DNA of 64,000 nt from a virus, in the IMG/VR virus record IMGVR_UViG_3300042731_004976, positions 32,001-96,000 of that record. One strand, written 5' to 3'. Shown here in pieces: positions 9,645 to 18,567 of this stretch (within the stretch, counting starts at the first letter, position 1; every line of letters starts with the position of its first letter). The translations under genes were made by a program, and so were the position numbers. The notes beneath the pieces were generated by a model. That model saw only the letters and a program-made list of their open reading frames with translations. It did no database searches and was not told the DNA's origin.

Positions 9645-10256
9645 ATGGCACAGCTGACGATCACGAACATCTCCACGGAACGCAAGTACCTAGGGGATCT
9701 CTACACTAGCGTCGAGCCTGGATCTTCGATCGAGGTGACGAGGTCCGCTGCGGACCTTCCCCAGATGACTGCCTTGCAGAAGGCAGTGGCAGATGGAGAC
9801 TTGACACTCTCGGTGGCCTACTCCGCTGAAGAGGCTGCGTCGGGCCTCCATTTGCCTCCATCTGTTGTCGAGGCAGGAGACATCGCACCCGTAGCTGGGT
9901 CGAATCCAGCTTCCGGTCTCGTGACGATTTTCTCCTCCTTTGCGGCAGGTGGTGGGGGAAGTGCAGATGACGTGGAGATCTTCCCGGCAGGAGCGCTCCC
10001 CTTCAAGTTCCGCGTTCTCGATTTCCTCGTCTACGTGGCCACTGCTGTGGGAGCCTCCACGATCGAAGCCAGGGACGAAGCCGGAGGTGCCGGAAACGTG
10101 CTGGCTTCAGCAGATTCGGCAACGACTGGTCGACAGACGAACGCCGAGACGGTCACAGGGGTCGCCGACCCTGGATCAACCAAGGGACTCTTCCTACGAC
10201 GATCTGACAGTGGAGTGGCTGGTGAAGCCGTTCTGATCGTTAGGCCCGAGTTGTAG
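9645..10256 (+). CDS. Putative virion protein
   Basis: GGAGG RBS; N-terminus similar to the 9180 protein. Confidence 0.6.
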   Translation: MAQLTITNISTERKYLGDLYTSVEPGSSIEVTRSAADLPQMTALQKAVADGDLTLSVAYSAEEAASGLHLPPSVVEAGDIAPVAGSNPASGLVTIFSSFAAGGGGSADDVEIFPAGALPFKFRVLDFLVYVATAVGASTIEARDEAGGAGNVLASADSATTGRQTNAETVTGVADPGSTKGLFLRRSDSGVAGEAVLIVRPEL

Positions 10257-10316
10257 GAGGCTGGAAAACTCCCGAGTACTACGCTAGAGTCGAGGTAACT
10301 CCAAGGAGGAGCGCAC

Positions 10317-10898
10317 ATGGTTCGTCCCGTATCTCAAGACTTCCTGCACTCGATGCGCTTCCACGTATCTGTGTTGGGTACCAACGCCGCGGGTTACCTC
10401 CAAGGAGGTGGTCGTGACGTAGGGACCAAGCCAGAGGCAGGATTTTCGGCATGCTCCACGCCCGAAGCTTCGCTCGAAGCGGTGGAGTACAAGGAAGGAA
10501 ACTTCGTCTACACCCGCAAGTACGCTGGCGTACCGACTGTCTCGGACATCACCATGTCCCGAGGCGTCGCTCGTCAGGATTCGTCCTTCTGGGGTTGGAT
10601 GAAGGCTGCCATCGAAGGCGGTCCCATCGCAGGCACAGGCACGTATCGCGAAGACATCCAGATCAGCCACTACCACCGAGATCGATTCTTGGAGGCGACG
10701 GTTCCGACCGTTCCCACCACGATCATCGACATCGGAAGCAGTGGTCCCGAGCCGGGTCGTCGCTACACGTGTCGCGAGTGCTTCCCCATCCGTCACAAGA
10801 CGGCTGCGGACCTCGATGCCACGGCGTCCGAGATCTCCATCATGGAGCTGGACGTCTCGATGGAATACTTCGAGGTCGAAGAGATCGCTCCCCCGTGA
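10317..10898 (+). CDS. Tail tube protein (T4 gp19/Afp1 family)
   Basis: AGFS.CS....EY.EG...G....ITMSRG...FW.W...LDA.ASEISI.EL. Confidence 0.9.
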   Translation: MVRPVSQDFLHSMRFHVSVLGTNAAGYLQGGGRDVGTKPEAGFSACSTPEASLEAVEYKEGNFVYTRKYAGVPTVSDITMSRGVARQDSSFWGWMKAAIEGGPIAGTGTYREDIQISHYHRDRFLEATVPTVPTTIIDIGSSGPEPGRRYTCRECFPIRHKTAADLDATASEISIMELDVSMEYFEVEEIAPP

Positions 10899-10938
10899 TT
10901 CAGAGCCAACGCCTCCTGCGTAGGCAATAGGAGGACGC

Positions 10939-11658
10939 ATGGCTCGAAATCCGATCTCGGACTACCTCCAGGTCTACTCCTTCTGGTTGATGGACCTGGG
11001 GCCTATCGACACAGTCGCTCTACCCATCCTGACTCCGCTCTTTGGGTTCAGCTCCATCACTGCACCCGAAATGGTGATGGAGACTCAGGACATCCCCGAG
11101 GGCAACTGGTACTTCGACCGCAAGGTCTTGAAGCGGGGTTCCATCTCGAACGTCACCCTCTCGCAGGGGGTGACGTTTTTCAATTCCGACTTCTACCGTT
11201 GGATGATCGCTGGAGTCACAGGCGATACGGCTGCGGTCAACAGCTCGTCTTTCATCCCCTTCCTTCAGATCGGTGGTCCGACGTACCGTCGCAACTTACT
11301 ATTGATCCAGTACTTCGCGCATACGACTTTCGGAGCGCAAGGAGGCATCAGCGCGGTAGTTGCGCAGTCTACCTTGACCGCGGGTATCGCCGCTTCTGCT
11401 GCTGGTCTGGAAGGCGCTTCTACTGCGGGACTCGTCGTTTCTGGTGCCATTGCGGGAGGAGCTGCTGCGCTCGGAGCCCTCAATGTAGGTCCTTTCGAGT
11501 TTGCTGCTCGCGTTCCCGCACGTGCGTGGATTCTGAAAGGCTGCATACCTGTTCGGTATAGGCCTTCGTCCGATTTCGATGCACTATCAGGGACTGTTTC
11601 TGTGGCCGAACTAGAGTTGGCCATGGAAATGTTCGAAGAAGTGGCATTGACAGCATGA
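10939..11658 (+). CDS. Second tail tube-family protein with Ala/Gly-rich insertion
   Basis: GFSSI.AP...EG...VTLSQGV...FY.W...RR...AW....C.PV.Y....DA....V...ELEL. Confidence 0.85.
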   Translation: MARNPISDYLQVYSFWLMDLGPIDTVALPILTPLFGFSSITAPEMVMETQDIPEGNWYFDRKVLKRGSISNVTLSQGVTFFNSDFYRWMIAGVTGDTAAVNSSSFIPFLQIGGPTYRRNLLLIQYFAHTTFGAQGGISAVVAQSTLTAGIAASAAGLEGASTAGLVVSGAIAGGAAALGALNVGPFEFAARVPARAWILKGCIPVRYRPSSDFDALSGTVSVAELELAMEMFEEVALTA

Positions 11659-11678
11659 TCGGATGAAGGAGAAAATAC

Positions 11679-11855
11679 ATGGGAGAGATGACAGAGTTGA
11701 ACCCGAACGATCCCCCCTCCACCCTCGAAGAGCTGAGCCTTCTGGCAGGCTCCCGTGGATCTGTGATCTTGTCTCGTGCTCCACAGCACGACGAGTTCGG
11801 AGTGGAAATGCGCATGGAGCCTTCCCCGTGCGCTGAGGAGCACAAAGCTCTCTGA
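11679..11855 (+). CDS. Small hypothetical protein (58 aa, below ORF-track cutoff)
   Basis: AAGGAG RBS, ATG 11679, TGA 11853-11855; fills the gap. Confidence 0.45.
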   Translation: MGEMTELNPNDPPSTLEELSLLAGSRGSVILSRAPQHDEFGVEMRMEPSPCAEEHKAL

Positions 11856-11866
11856 AGGAGGTCCGT

Positions 11867-12700
11867 GTGTCCTTTGCCCGATCCCAATTGAGTTCCCGTA
11901 TGGAAAGCGCTCGCCGCAAGCGTCACGAACAGACGACTTCGGGGAACGCAGGTGCCATACCGGGTCGGCCCCTCGGTCCTCCTCTGACGCCCCTGTTTCC
12001 CAAACAGGACGACGAGGAAGACGATTGGGAAGAGTGCGAGGAGTGCACGGAGGCCCGAGAGGGCGACGTCGCCGAGATGGAGGTTCCTTTCGACATCGGC
12101 GACGTTGTCCTCTTCGGGAAGTACAAGAACAAGCGGGGAAAGATTCTGAGCTTCGGGACCAACGACCGGGGTCAACCAGTCGTGGAGATCGAGCCTGTTC
12201 CCAAAGGCCGGAAGCAGAACAAGACCCTCGGGCTGTACAAGGTCTGGACCTCCGAGGAAGTCCTGGCGGACTGCTGGGAGAGGATGGTCACCGTGGGGCC
12301 CCCTGACGAGTGGTCTGGAGGCGTTGCGTCCTCCATGGCAGCGGAGGAGCGCCAAGTACTCCAAAGGGCCTGGGAGAGCCTCTCAGAGGCCCAGAAAGGG
12401 CAGCTCCAGCAAGAATGGCAGGACGAGGTGGAGGAGGCCGCTCCGCGGCGCGTCAAGAAGCGCAAGCCCCGCAGCGGTGCTCGGAAGCTGGTCAAGGTCT
12501 GTCCGACCGGAATGCACATCAAGGGTGGACGTTGCTCCCGGGTTCCTCGGTCCCAGCTTGCCAAGATGCGTCGCAAGAAGAAGAAATGGCGCCGAAGCGG
12601 AGCTGGGAAGCGGAGCGCCAAGCGGAGCGCCATGTACAAGAGACGCTTCGGAGAAGCGCTGGAGGGATTCATCGCCGAAGGTCGGGATCTCCTGGAGTGA
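11867..12700 (+). CDS. Putative internal head/prohead-core-like protein (KOW-like segment plus basic Cys-containing tail)
   Basis: GGAGG RBS; IGDVVLFGKYKNKRGKI KOW-like; CPTG...GGRC...RRKKKK tail reminiscent of gp68-type core proteins. Confidence 0.5.
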   Translation: MSFARSQLSSRMESARRKRHEQTTSGNAGAIPGRPLGPPLTPLFPKQDDEEDDWEECEECTEAREGDVAEMEVPFDIGDVVLFGKYKNKRGKILSFGTNDRGQPVVEIEPVPKGRKQNKTLGLYKVWTSEEVLADCWERMVTVGPPDEWSGGVASSMAAEERQVLQRAWESLSEAQKGQLQQEWQDEVEEAAPRRVKKRKPRSGARKLVKVCPTGMHIKGGRCSRVPRSQLAKMRRKKKKWRRSGAGKRSAKRSAMYKRRFGEALEGFIAEGRDLLE

Positions 12701-12706
12701 AATCCC

Positions 12707-13630
12707 ATGCCCATTCACAAGGTCAAAGGGGGGTGGAAGTGGGGCAAGCACGGCAAGGTCTACCGCTCCCGTAAGAAGGCAGCAAAGCAGGCAGCGGCTG
12801 CCTACGCCCATGGGTACAAGGAGGATCTGGGAGACCTTGTTGCCGAAGCACACGCCATTCTCGAAGGCGTGTCAGTCAAGTACGACACCAAGGCAGTCGA
12901 AGGTCTGTTGGACGACCTGATCGACTCCCTTCTGGACCGGACAGCTGCTGGCAAGTCCGAGTACTCGAAGCAGGATGCGGCCAAGGATCGAACGCACTAC
13001 GTTCGGGAGCTGAAAAAGAGTGCCGAGAAGATCGGCAGACTCATGACGAGTGCTGCGGGACGCATTCCGACGTGGACGGGATCGAAGATCGCGGTGAAGC
13101 TGCTTCCTCTCTCCAGCAGTTTCGGAGACACCTTCATGACTGACGAGGGGGACGTCACCGACTTCGCCGAGATCAGTGTCTTCAAGAAATCCGAGAACAA
13201 CGCTCCCTCGTTCACCTATTTCGGAGGAACGACGGTGGACGATGTTCTCGATGCAGGCGACTCCGACTTCTTTGGGGACCCAGAGGTGGAGCAGGACTAC
13301 TTCGCTCTCGTCAATGAGATCCGCAACCCGGGGAAGTCCAAGCGCGAGGGCGAGAAGGTCATCCGTCTGTTCACGGCGCGCCCGTCAAAGGATCGGCAAC
13401 AGTTCCAGAGGTCCAAAACGCTGCCCTCCAACCTGTTCCTCACAACGAGCGAAGACGAGGCAGAGGGCTACGCCCGCGATTTCGGTTCGAGGGACATCTG
13501 GGTGGTTCGCATCAAGAAGAAGCACCTCGTGCAGACGTTGGACACACCACGCGCGAAGAACTACCAAACGTTCGGAGCCGGGGGAAAGGTCCCTGTTGAG
13601 GCTATGGACCTGGTAGCCCCTGGGAATTGA
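12707..13630 (+). CDS. Putative virion protein with C-terminal ADP-ribosyltransferase-like fold
   Basis: RLFTAR...LFLTTSEDEAEGYA...IWVVRI pattern of ART folds. Confidence 0.45.
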   Translation: MPIHKVKGGWKWGKHGKVYRSRKKAAKQAAAAYAHGYKEDLGDLVAEAHAILEGVSVKYDTKAVEGLLDDLIDSLLDRTAAGKSEYSKQDAAKDRTHYVRELKKSAEKIGRLMTSAAGRIPTWTGSKIAVKLLPLSSSFGDTFMTDEGDVTDFAEISVFKKSENNAPSFTYFGGTTVDDVLDAGDSDFFGDPEVEQDYFALVNEIRNPGKSKREGEKVIRLFTARPSKDRQQFQRSKTLPSNLFLTTSEDEAEGYARDFGSRDIWVVRIKKKHLVQTLDTPRAKNYQTFGAGGKVPVEAMDLVAPGN

Positions 13631-13655
13631 CTATTCTCAGTACCCCTGGTATCTC
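13627..13655 (+). promoter_or_regulatory. Sigma70-type promoter
   Basis: TTGACT-N17-TATCTC. Confidence 0.55.
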
Positions 13656-13663
13656 GAATTCCG

Positions 13664-13888
13664 ATGGCGAAGGCGAAAGCCCTGTCTCTTGCGGCGTGGT
13701 TGAAGCGTTACGATGCTCGGTGCGTGGGTCTCCGCTACGACCCGGATACGAAGAGACACGTGGTAACAGTTCAGATCGAACGAGAGATCCCGAAAGACGT
13801 GCTCGTGTCCCCCGAGGATGAGGACGCGCACAGCGGAAATGCGACACGCAAGCACCTGCTCTTTCCCTTCGCTGAACCTGAGGCTTGA
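13664..13888 (+). CDS. Hypothetical protein
   Basis: 74-aa ORF directly after a promoter. Confidence 0.55.
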   Translation: MAKAKALSLAAWLKRYDARCVGLRYDPDTKRHVVTVQIEREIPKDVLVSPEDEDAHSGNATRKHLLFPFAEPEA

Positions 13889-13913
13889 CAATCGTGAGGC
13901 TGTAGCATAGCCT
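13885..13913 (+). promoter_or_regulatory. Sigma70-type promoter
   Basis: TTGACA-N17-TAGCCT. Confidence 0.7.
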
Positions 13914-13922
13914 CCGCGAGCA

Positions 13923-14330
13923 TTGGCCTCGTTCATTCAGCTCGACTTCGCGAAGGAGCGTGCGGAGCAGATCCGTACCTTCGCTGAGAACCCCGACAAC
14001 TGGTACCGCGCGTTTCAGAGCAGTGCGAAGGTTCCGGGGTTGCATGACGAGTACGTCTTGGAATCTGGGACGATACGCGCCGTGTTCTCGTGGACGCTCG
14101 TCCCGGACGGCGACATCTTTCGACAGATGACCGTGTCGTCGAAGAATCCAGGTAAGTGGGCCCAACCGCTTATCGTCTGGACGTTGGCGCACTACTTCGG
14201 CTTCACGGGAGCCACGACCAACGAGCATGACTTGGTCGAAGAGGCGGCTTCCTCTTGGCAAGTTCAGATGGTCGAGGAAGAGAGCTGCGTCATGGTCGTT
14301 GAAAAGGTCGAGGAAGAAGCACCCACGTGA
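13923..14330 (+). CDS. Hypothetical protein
   Basis: 135-aa ORF after a promoter. Confidence 0.6.
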   Translation: MASFIQLDFAKERAEQIRTFAENPDNWYRAFQSSAKVPGLHDEYVLESGTIRAVFSWTLVPDGDIFRQMTVSSKNPGKWAQPLIVWTLAHYFGFTGATTNEHDLVEEAASSWQVQMVEEESCVMVVEKVEEEAPT

Positions 14331-14343
14331 AGATCTGCGTCCC

Positions 14344-14649
14344 GTGATCTACTACACACTCTACCCACACATCGTGGAGAAGGTCAGAGAACGCCTTCGT
14401 GACTACGGCCGCATCCACGGCTCCGAGGTTCGCGATCTCTTCATTAGACACAGCTCCGCTGCGGTAGACGATCACGCAGAACGGCTCCTAACCGAGATGG
14501 TCGAATCCGGGGAGCTGAAAGTCTTCGGCGGTCCGGCCCCGACACACAGCCAGGCAGCGTTCATCGGCCTCCAGTACTCGCAAAAAGCCTACAAGGACGC
14601 TGGATGGGCTCCCGGGCTCAAGGAGCACTTCTACTACGAGACCGCCTAG
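14344..14649 (+). CDS. Hypothetical protein
   Basis: 3' part of ORF 14227..14649; GTG start chosen to avoid overlap. Confidence 0.5.
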   Translation: MIYYTLYPHIVEKVRERLRDYGRIHGSEVRDLFIRHSSAAVDDHAERLLTEMVESGELKVFGGPAPTHSQAAFIGLQYSQKAYKDAGWAPGLKEHFYYETA

Positions 14650-14663
14650 GCTACCCTTGGAGA

Positions 14664-15002
14664 ATGAAGATCATCGAGGGCTTGGAACTGGATCCCGGCG
14701 AGTTTCACACCCAGGTGCGGGGCTTGCGCCATCTGCCAAGGCTCTTCGAGCAAGACGAAGAGCCTAGCGCTGCGGTACGAGCAAAGCAGGCCCGTCAGGT
14801 GATTTCCGACCGATTGAAAGACGCCGAGGGATCCGGAGACTTCGGTATCGGAGGAGGGGACGAAGTCGTCTACGTCAACGTCCAGCCGGAGGATACTCAC
14901 GAGTACGGTATCCAGCTCAACATGATCGCCCGCGAGTTGGGTTACTCGATTCGAGCCGAGCCAAGTGGTGAAGGGGTGCGGTATGTCCTCACCCGGCGCT
15001 GA
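14664..15002 (+). CDS. Hypothetical protein
   Basis: ATG 14664 within ORF 14604..15002. Confidence 0.55.
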   Translation: MKIIEGLELDPGEFHTQVRGLRHLPRLFEQDEEPSAAVRAKQARQVISDRLKDAEGSGDFGIGGGDEVVYVNVQPEDTHEYGIQLNMIARELGYSIRAEPSGEGVRYVLTRR

Positions 15003-15243
15003 GCCCCCGCTAGTCGGTTACGTCTACGGACACCTGGAATGCGAGCCGGACGCGCCTCCAAAGCACATGATCTTGGAGATCGAAAAGGATCCCGAGAGCC
15101 CTGGTTACCGCGTGAAGAAGGTGCTCGCGTCAGCCGAAACCCTGTCCCTCGCACTCGAACGCTACGAAGCGTTGAACCGCGACGATGATATGCCCTCGGA
15201 CCTCTCGTACGCAACGGTGGTGAGGTTCCAAGCGCAGCCTTGA
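14983..15243 (+). CDS. Hypothetical protein
   Basis: ATG 14983 within ORF 14965..15243. Confidence 0.5.
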   Translation: MSSPGAEPPLVGYVYGHLECEPDAPPKHMILEIEKDPESPGYRVKKVLASAETLSLALERYEALNRDDDMPSDLSYATVVRFQAQP

Positions 15244-15269
15244 CAATCCCATACCGTACCTGATATGGT
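15240..15269 (+). promoter_or_regulatory. Sigma70-type promoter
   Basis: TTGACA-N18-TATGGT with extended TG. Confidence 0.65.
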
Positions 15270-15275
15270 TCTGGT

Positions 15276-15581
15276 TTGATGTCAGAACGTGTCTGGGTTC
15301 CGTACGCTCCTTTTCAAGGAGGGCTTACACCAAGCCCGATACGACGGAGGTTTGTTGTGGCGACTCCTGAAAAAGTAGAGCACGCAGAGCTACGTCAACT
15401 ACTGAAGCGCTTGGAACAGGTCTCTGGCTCTGCTGCCTCTGAGATCCGGATGGCTGCCGATGTGCTCTCCGAAATGGAGGGTGAAGAGGAAGCGGATATG
15501 TCTCGGGAGCTAGCCGACGACCTGGCTTCAACCGTGAGCGATACCATTGCAGCGGTCAACCGTCTGCTGGACGGGAAGTGA
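15276..15581 (+). CDS. Hypothetical helical protein
   Basis: 101-aa ORF after a promoter. Confidence 0.55.
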   Translation: MMSERVWVPYAPFQGGLTPSPIRRRFVVATPEKVEHAELRQLLKRLEQVSGSAASEIRMAADVLSEMEGEEEADMSRELADDLASTVSDTIAAVNRLLDGK

Positions 15582-15582
15582 C

Positions 15583-15981
15583 GTGGTCTTCGTTACCGCA
15601 GATCAACTGCTGCTCCATGCGGTAGGAGACTATCTCCTCCAGTCGCACTGGATGGCTACGGCCAAGACCTCTCGCAAGACGGCGGCTCTGGCTCACGCGC
15701 TCGTATACACAGGACCCTTCTGGTTCCTCACCCAGTCGTGGGCCGCGCTCCTCTTCATCTTCGGCACGCACTTCGTGATCGATCACTGGCGCCTTGCTCG
15801 TTACGTGTGCTGGTCCAAGAACTTCTTGGCGCCTCCGGGCGAATGGCCTGCGTCTTGGAAGAAGTGCTCGGCTACGGGGTACGATCCCAGCTTGCCGGCT
15901 TGGTTGGCGATCTGGTTGATGATCATCGCCGACAACACGATGCACATCATCTGTAATGCGGCGGCCCTCCGATGGTTCTGA
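15583..15981 (+). CDS. DUF3307-like membrane protein
   Basis: H..GDY.LQ..WM..K, H..VY, HF.ID, D...H motifs in hydrophobic segments. Confidence 0.8.
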   Translation: MVFVTADQLLLHAVGDYLLQSHWMATAKTSRKTAALAHALVYTGPFWFLTQSWAALLFIFGTHFVIDHWRLARYVCWSKNFLAPPGEWPASWKKCSATGYDPSLPAWLAIWLMIIADNTMHIICNAAALRWF

Positions 15982-16028
15982 ACGTACGCGACGAATTCAA
16001 AGGGTCTCCAGCCTCTGGAGCCGAGATC

Positions 16029-16559
16029 ATGAGCGAAGTGAAGACATGGCGGTACAGTCTCCCAGGTCAGAAGGAGCCGTACGATAGCTGGACGATCGCG
16101 TTAATCGATTCGACGGGTTGCGTGGCGATCCTCTCTGACTACGGAGACTGGTGCTACCGTTGGTCCACGCCAAACACAGGCCATGAGGACTTCCGCGAGT
16201 TCTTCATCGGCATCGATGCGAGCTACGCCGCGCGCAAGCTAGCCAACGAGAGTGATCGAAACCAGTTCGACGGAGAGGCCACGAGGAAGCGTATTCGTCA
16301 GGACATCCTGAGAGACCGTCGCGCGCGTGCCTGCTCTGCGGATTGGGCTCGCCAAGAGTGGGACCTCGTGGATGTGATCGAGGATGACCACGAGTGCTCT
16401 TTCAGTGCATTTCTGGCAGAGACCTCCATCGAAGATGCTTTCGAGTACGCGATCACCAGGATGGGGCGCGGCTTGACACACTGGGTTCACGTGTCACTAC
16501 CTCGGCTACAACAACTGATTCGAGAGGAGCTGGCGAGCGAAGCCGGCGAAACGTTATGA
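16029..16559 (+). CDS. Phage hypothetical protein
   Basis: ORF 15972..16559; I.SDYG.W.Y.W...F..F motif; ATGA-coupled to rtcB. Confidence 0.6.
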   Translation: MSEVKTWRYSLPGQKEPYDSWTIALIDSTGCVAILSDYGDWCYRWSTPNTGHEDFREFFIGIDASYAARKLANESDRNQFDGEATRKRIRQDILRDRRARACSADWARQEWDLVDVIEDDHECSFSAFLAETSIEDAFEYAITRMGRGLTHWVHVSLPRLQQLIREELASEAGETL

Positions 16560-17962
16560 GCTTCAAGTACCAAGCGATCAAGCACGGAGACAGCCACTAC
16601 GTATTGCCGAAGATCGGCGACATGCGAGTGGAGGCCCACGCCTTTCTTTCCGATGCTCTCTATGAGTCGTCAGATGAGGGCCTGTGGAACCAGCTTGCGA
16701 GCGGAGCTTCCTACGAGGGTGTCATCGGAGCCTACGTCATGCCCGACACGCACCTGGGCTTCGGAGTTCCGGTAGGTAGCGTCATCGTCACCGAGAACAC
16801 CATCATCCAGGCAGGCTCCGGCTACGACATCTCGTGCGGCGTCGTCTACATGAAGGTTCCGGGGCTCAAAGCCCGAGGCGTGCGTGGCTGGTACGATCGC
16901 GAGCGCTGGATTCGAGAAGTCGAGAAGCGGGTAGCTACGGGTGTGGGTTCCAACCGCCCCAAGCTGATGCCCAAGTTCTCGGTGAAGAAGAGCGACGAGA
17001 TCTTCCACCAGGGGGCCAAGGCTCTCGGAGTCTCGGCTGATGTGTGTGAACGCCAGTTCATCGAGGTCCCCAGCGATACAGATCCTTCGAGGATCGAGAA
17101 GGCCTACGCAAAGTCCCTCGATCAGCTCGGAAGCGTGGGAGGGGGAAATCACTTCGTCGAGATGCAAGTCGATCGCGACACGGGCGAGGTCTTCGTCATG
17201 GTTCACTGCGGCTCCCGCGGCTATGGCTGGCAGGTCGCCAACCACTTCTTCTACGAGGGTGCGCTTGCTCGCGGTCTTCCCACGAATCGCCGAGAGGACT
17301 CGTGGCTCTACGCAGACGAGCCCCTCGGGAAGGACTACTGGGCCCTTCACAACACGGCTGCCAACTACGCCGTGGCCAACCGACACATCATCGTTCGTGG
17401 CGTCCAGGAGGCCCTCCAGGAGGTTTTCGGGGTTGAGGGTGAGGTCTACTACGAGATCAGCCACAACCTCGTGCAGGAGGAGACTCTGGTCCTCCCCGAC
17501 GGGACTCAGAAGAAAGGCTTCGTGCACAGGAAGGGCGCGACACGTGCGTTCCCGGCCGGACACCCGGACTTGAAGGGTACGAAGTGGGAGTCCACGGGGC
17601 ACCCCTGTCTGATTCCCGGCTCGATGTACGAGGGGGCAGCGATCCTCTTTCCGAAGCAAGGCGCCTACAAGTCTGGGTGCTCCGTCAACCACGGTTCTGG
17701 TCGTCTCATGGCTCGGGGAAAAGCACGGAAGACCCTCGGGCACAAGCAGGCACGCATCGACGAGGAGATGCGTACGGTCAAGCGTACATTCAACGGTGTT
17801 CAGATCGAAGGGATTGTCGGAAACACCAAGAAGACCCCCATCGACGAGTGTGGGCACGTCTACAAGGATCTGGACGAGGTGCTTGCTGTCCTGGAGGACA
17901 ACGGCATCGCAGAGGTGCGCCACCGGCTCTATCCGGTGGCCAACATCAAGGGAACGGACTGA
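16556..17962 (+). CDS. rtcB: RtcB RNA ligase
   Basis: MPDTH.G.G.P, DISCG, GGGNHF.E, HCGSRG, HRKGAT, PGSM, HGSGR, YKD motifs. Confidence 0.95.
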   Translation: MSFKYQAIKHGDSHYVLPKIGDMRVEAHAFLSDALYESSDEGLWNQLASGASYEGVIGAYVMPDTHLGFGVPVGSVIVTENTIIQAGSGYDISCGVVYMKVPGLKARGVRGWYDRERWIREVEKRVATGVGSNRPKLMPKFSVKKSDEIFHQGAKALGVSADVCERQFIEVPSDTDPSRIEKAYAKSLDQLGSVGGGNHFVEMQVDRDTGEVFVMVHCGSRGYGWQVANHFFYEGALARGLPTNRREDSWLYADEPLGKDYWALHNTAANYAVANRHIIVRGVQEALQEVFGVEGEVYYEISHNLVQEETLVLPDGTQKKGFVHRKGATRAFPAGHPDLKGTKWESTGHPCLIPGSMYEGAAILFPKQGAYKSGCSVNHGSGRLMARGKARKTLGHKQARIDEEMRTVKRTFNGVQIEGIVGNTKKTPIDECGHVYKDLDEVLAVLEDNGIAEVRHRLYPVANIKGTD

Positions 17963-18567
17963 TGAACGGGGAAGCGAAGGAAGAGGAATGTAAGAAGCGC
18001 GGTTGGTTCTGCCAAGACGGCTACGGACCTCACCGACGCTGGGGTTCCTTTTGCCCCTGTCCCCCAAACGCTCCAGAGGCGATGCCAGACTTCAATCGCT
18101 TGGCTCACTTCAAGAGGACAGGTCGAGACGACCTGTACGAGGGCTGTGAGCGTCAGTACATGAAGAAGATCACTGCTGCGGTCGCCATCATCACGCAAGA
18201 AGAGAACGGCAAGACGAAGATCTTGGGCGTGTCTCGGAAGGACGACCACGAAGCATGGGGACTCCCTGGAGGATCCATCGAAGAAGGCGAAACCCCCGAA
18301 GACGCCATGGTGCGTGAGGTACGAGAGGAAACAGGGCTGATCGTCTCCGAGGCTCGGAAGGTGTTCGTACGCATCGACGACTGGGGCGTTGCTGCTGCTG
18401 CGTTCGAGGTTCTGGAATGTTTCGGGGAGCCGCGCACGGTCGAGCAGGGCCTGGTCCGATGGCTCGACCTCAACGAGCTGATTGAAGAAAAGGCTCCTTT
18501 CCGAGAGTACAACGCCCGGCTATTCCACCGTCTCGGCTGGATGGTAGACTCGGGAGCATGTCCCTAG
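17962..18567 (+). CDS. Nudix hydrolase (start 17962 or 18160)
   Basis: Nudix box GLPGGSIEEGETPEDAMVREVREETG. Confidence 0.9.
   Translation: MNGEAKEEECKKRGWFCQDGYGPHRRWGSFCPCPPNAPEAMPDFNRLAHFKRTGRDDLYEGCERQYMKKITAAVAIITQEENGKTKILGVSRKDDHEAWGLPGGSIEEGETPEDAMVREVREETGLIVSEARKVFVRIDDWGVAAAAFEVLECFGEPRTVEQGLVRWLDLNELIEEKAPFREYNARLFHRLGWMVDSGACP

Noticed and set aside
6086-11658. Sheath plus two tubes read as a bacterial eCIS/tailocin locus
   Set aside because: They are flanked by head-neck genes and a phage replication module, with no host genes, so this is a phage tail.
11659-11866. Tail assembly chaperone frameshift after the tube genes
   Set aside because: No slippery heptamer or tape measure gene follows.
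12698-12709. In-frame TGA between the 277-aa and 307-aa ORFs suggesting readthrough or a recoded stop
   Set aside because: The downstream ATG has its own GGAG, an in-frame arrangement has a one-in-three chance, and conserved genes are intact under the standard code.
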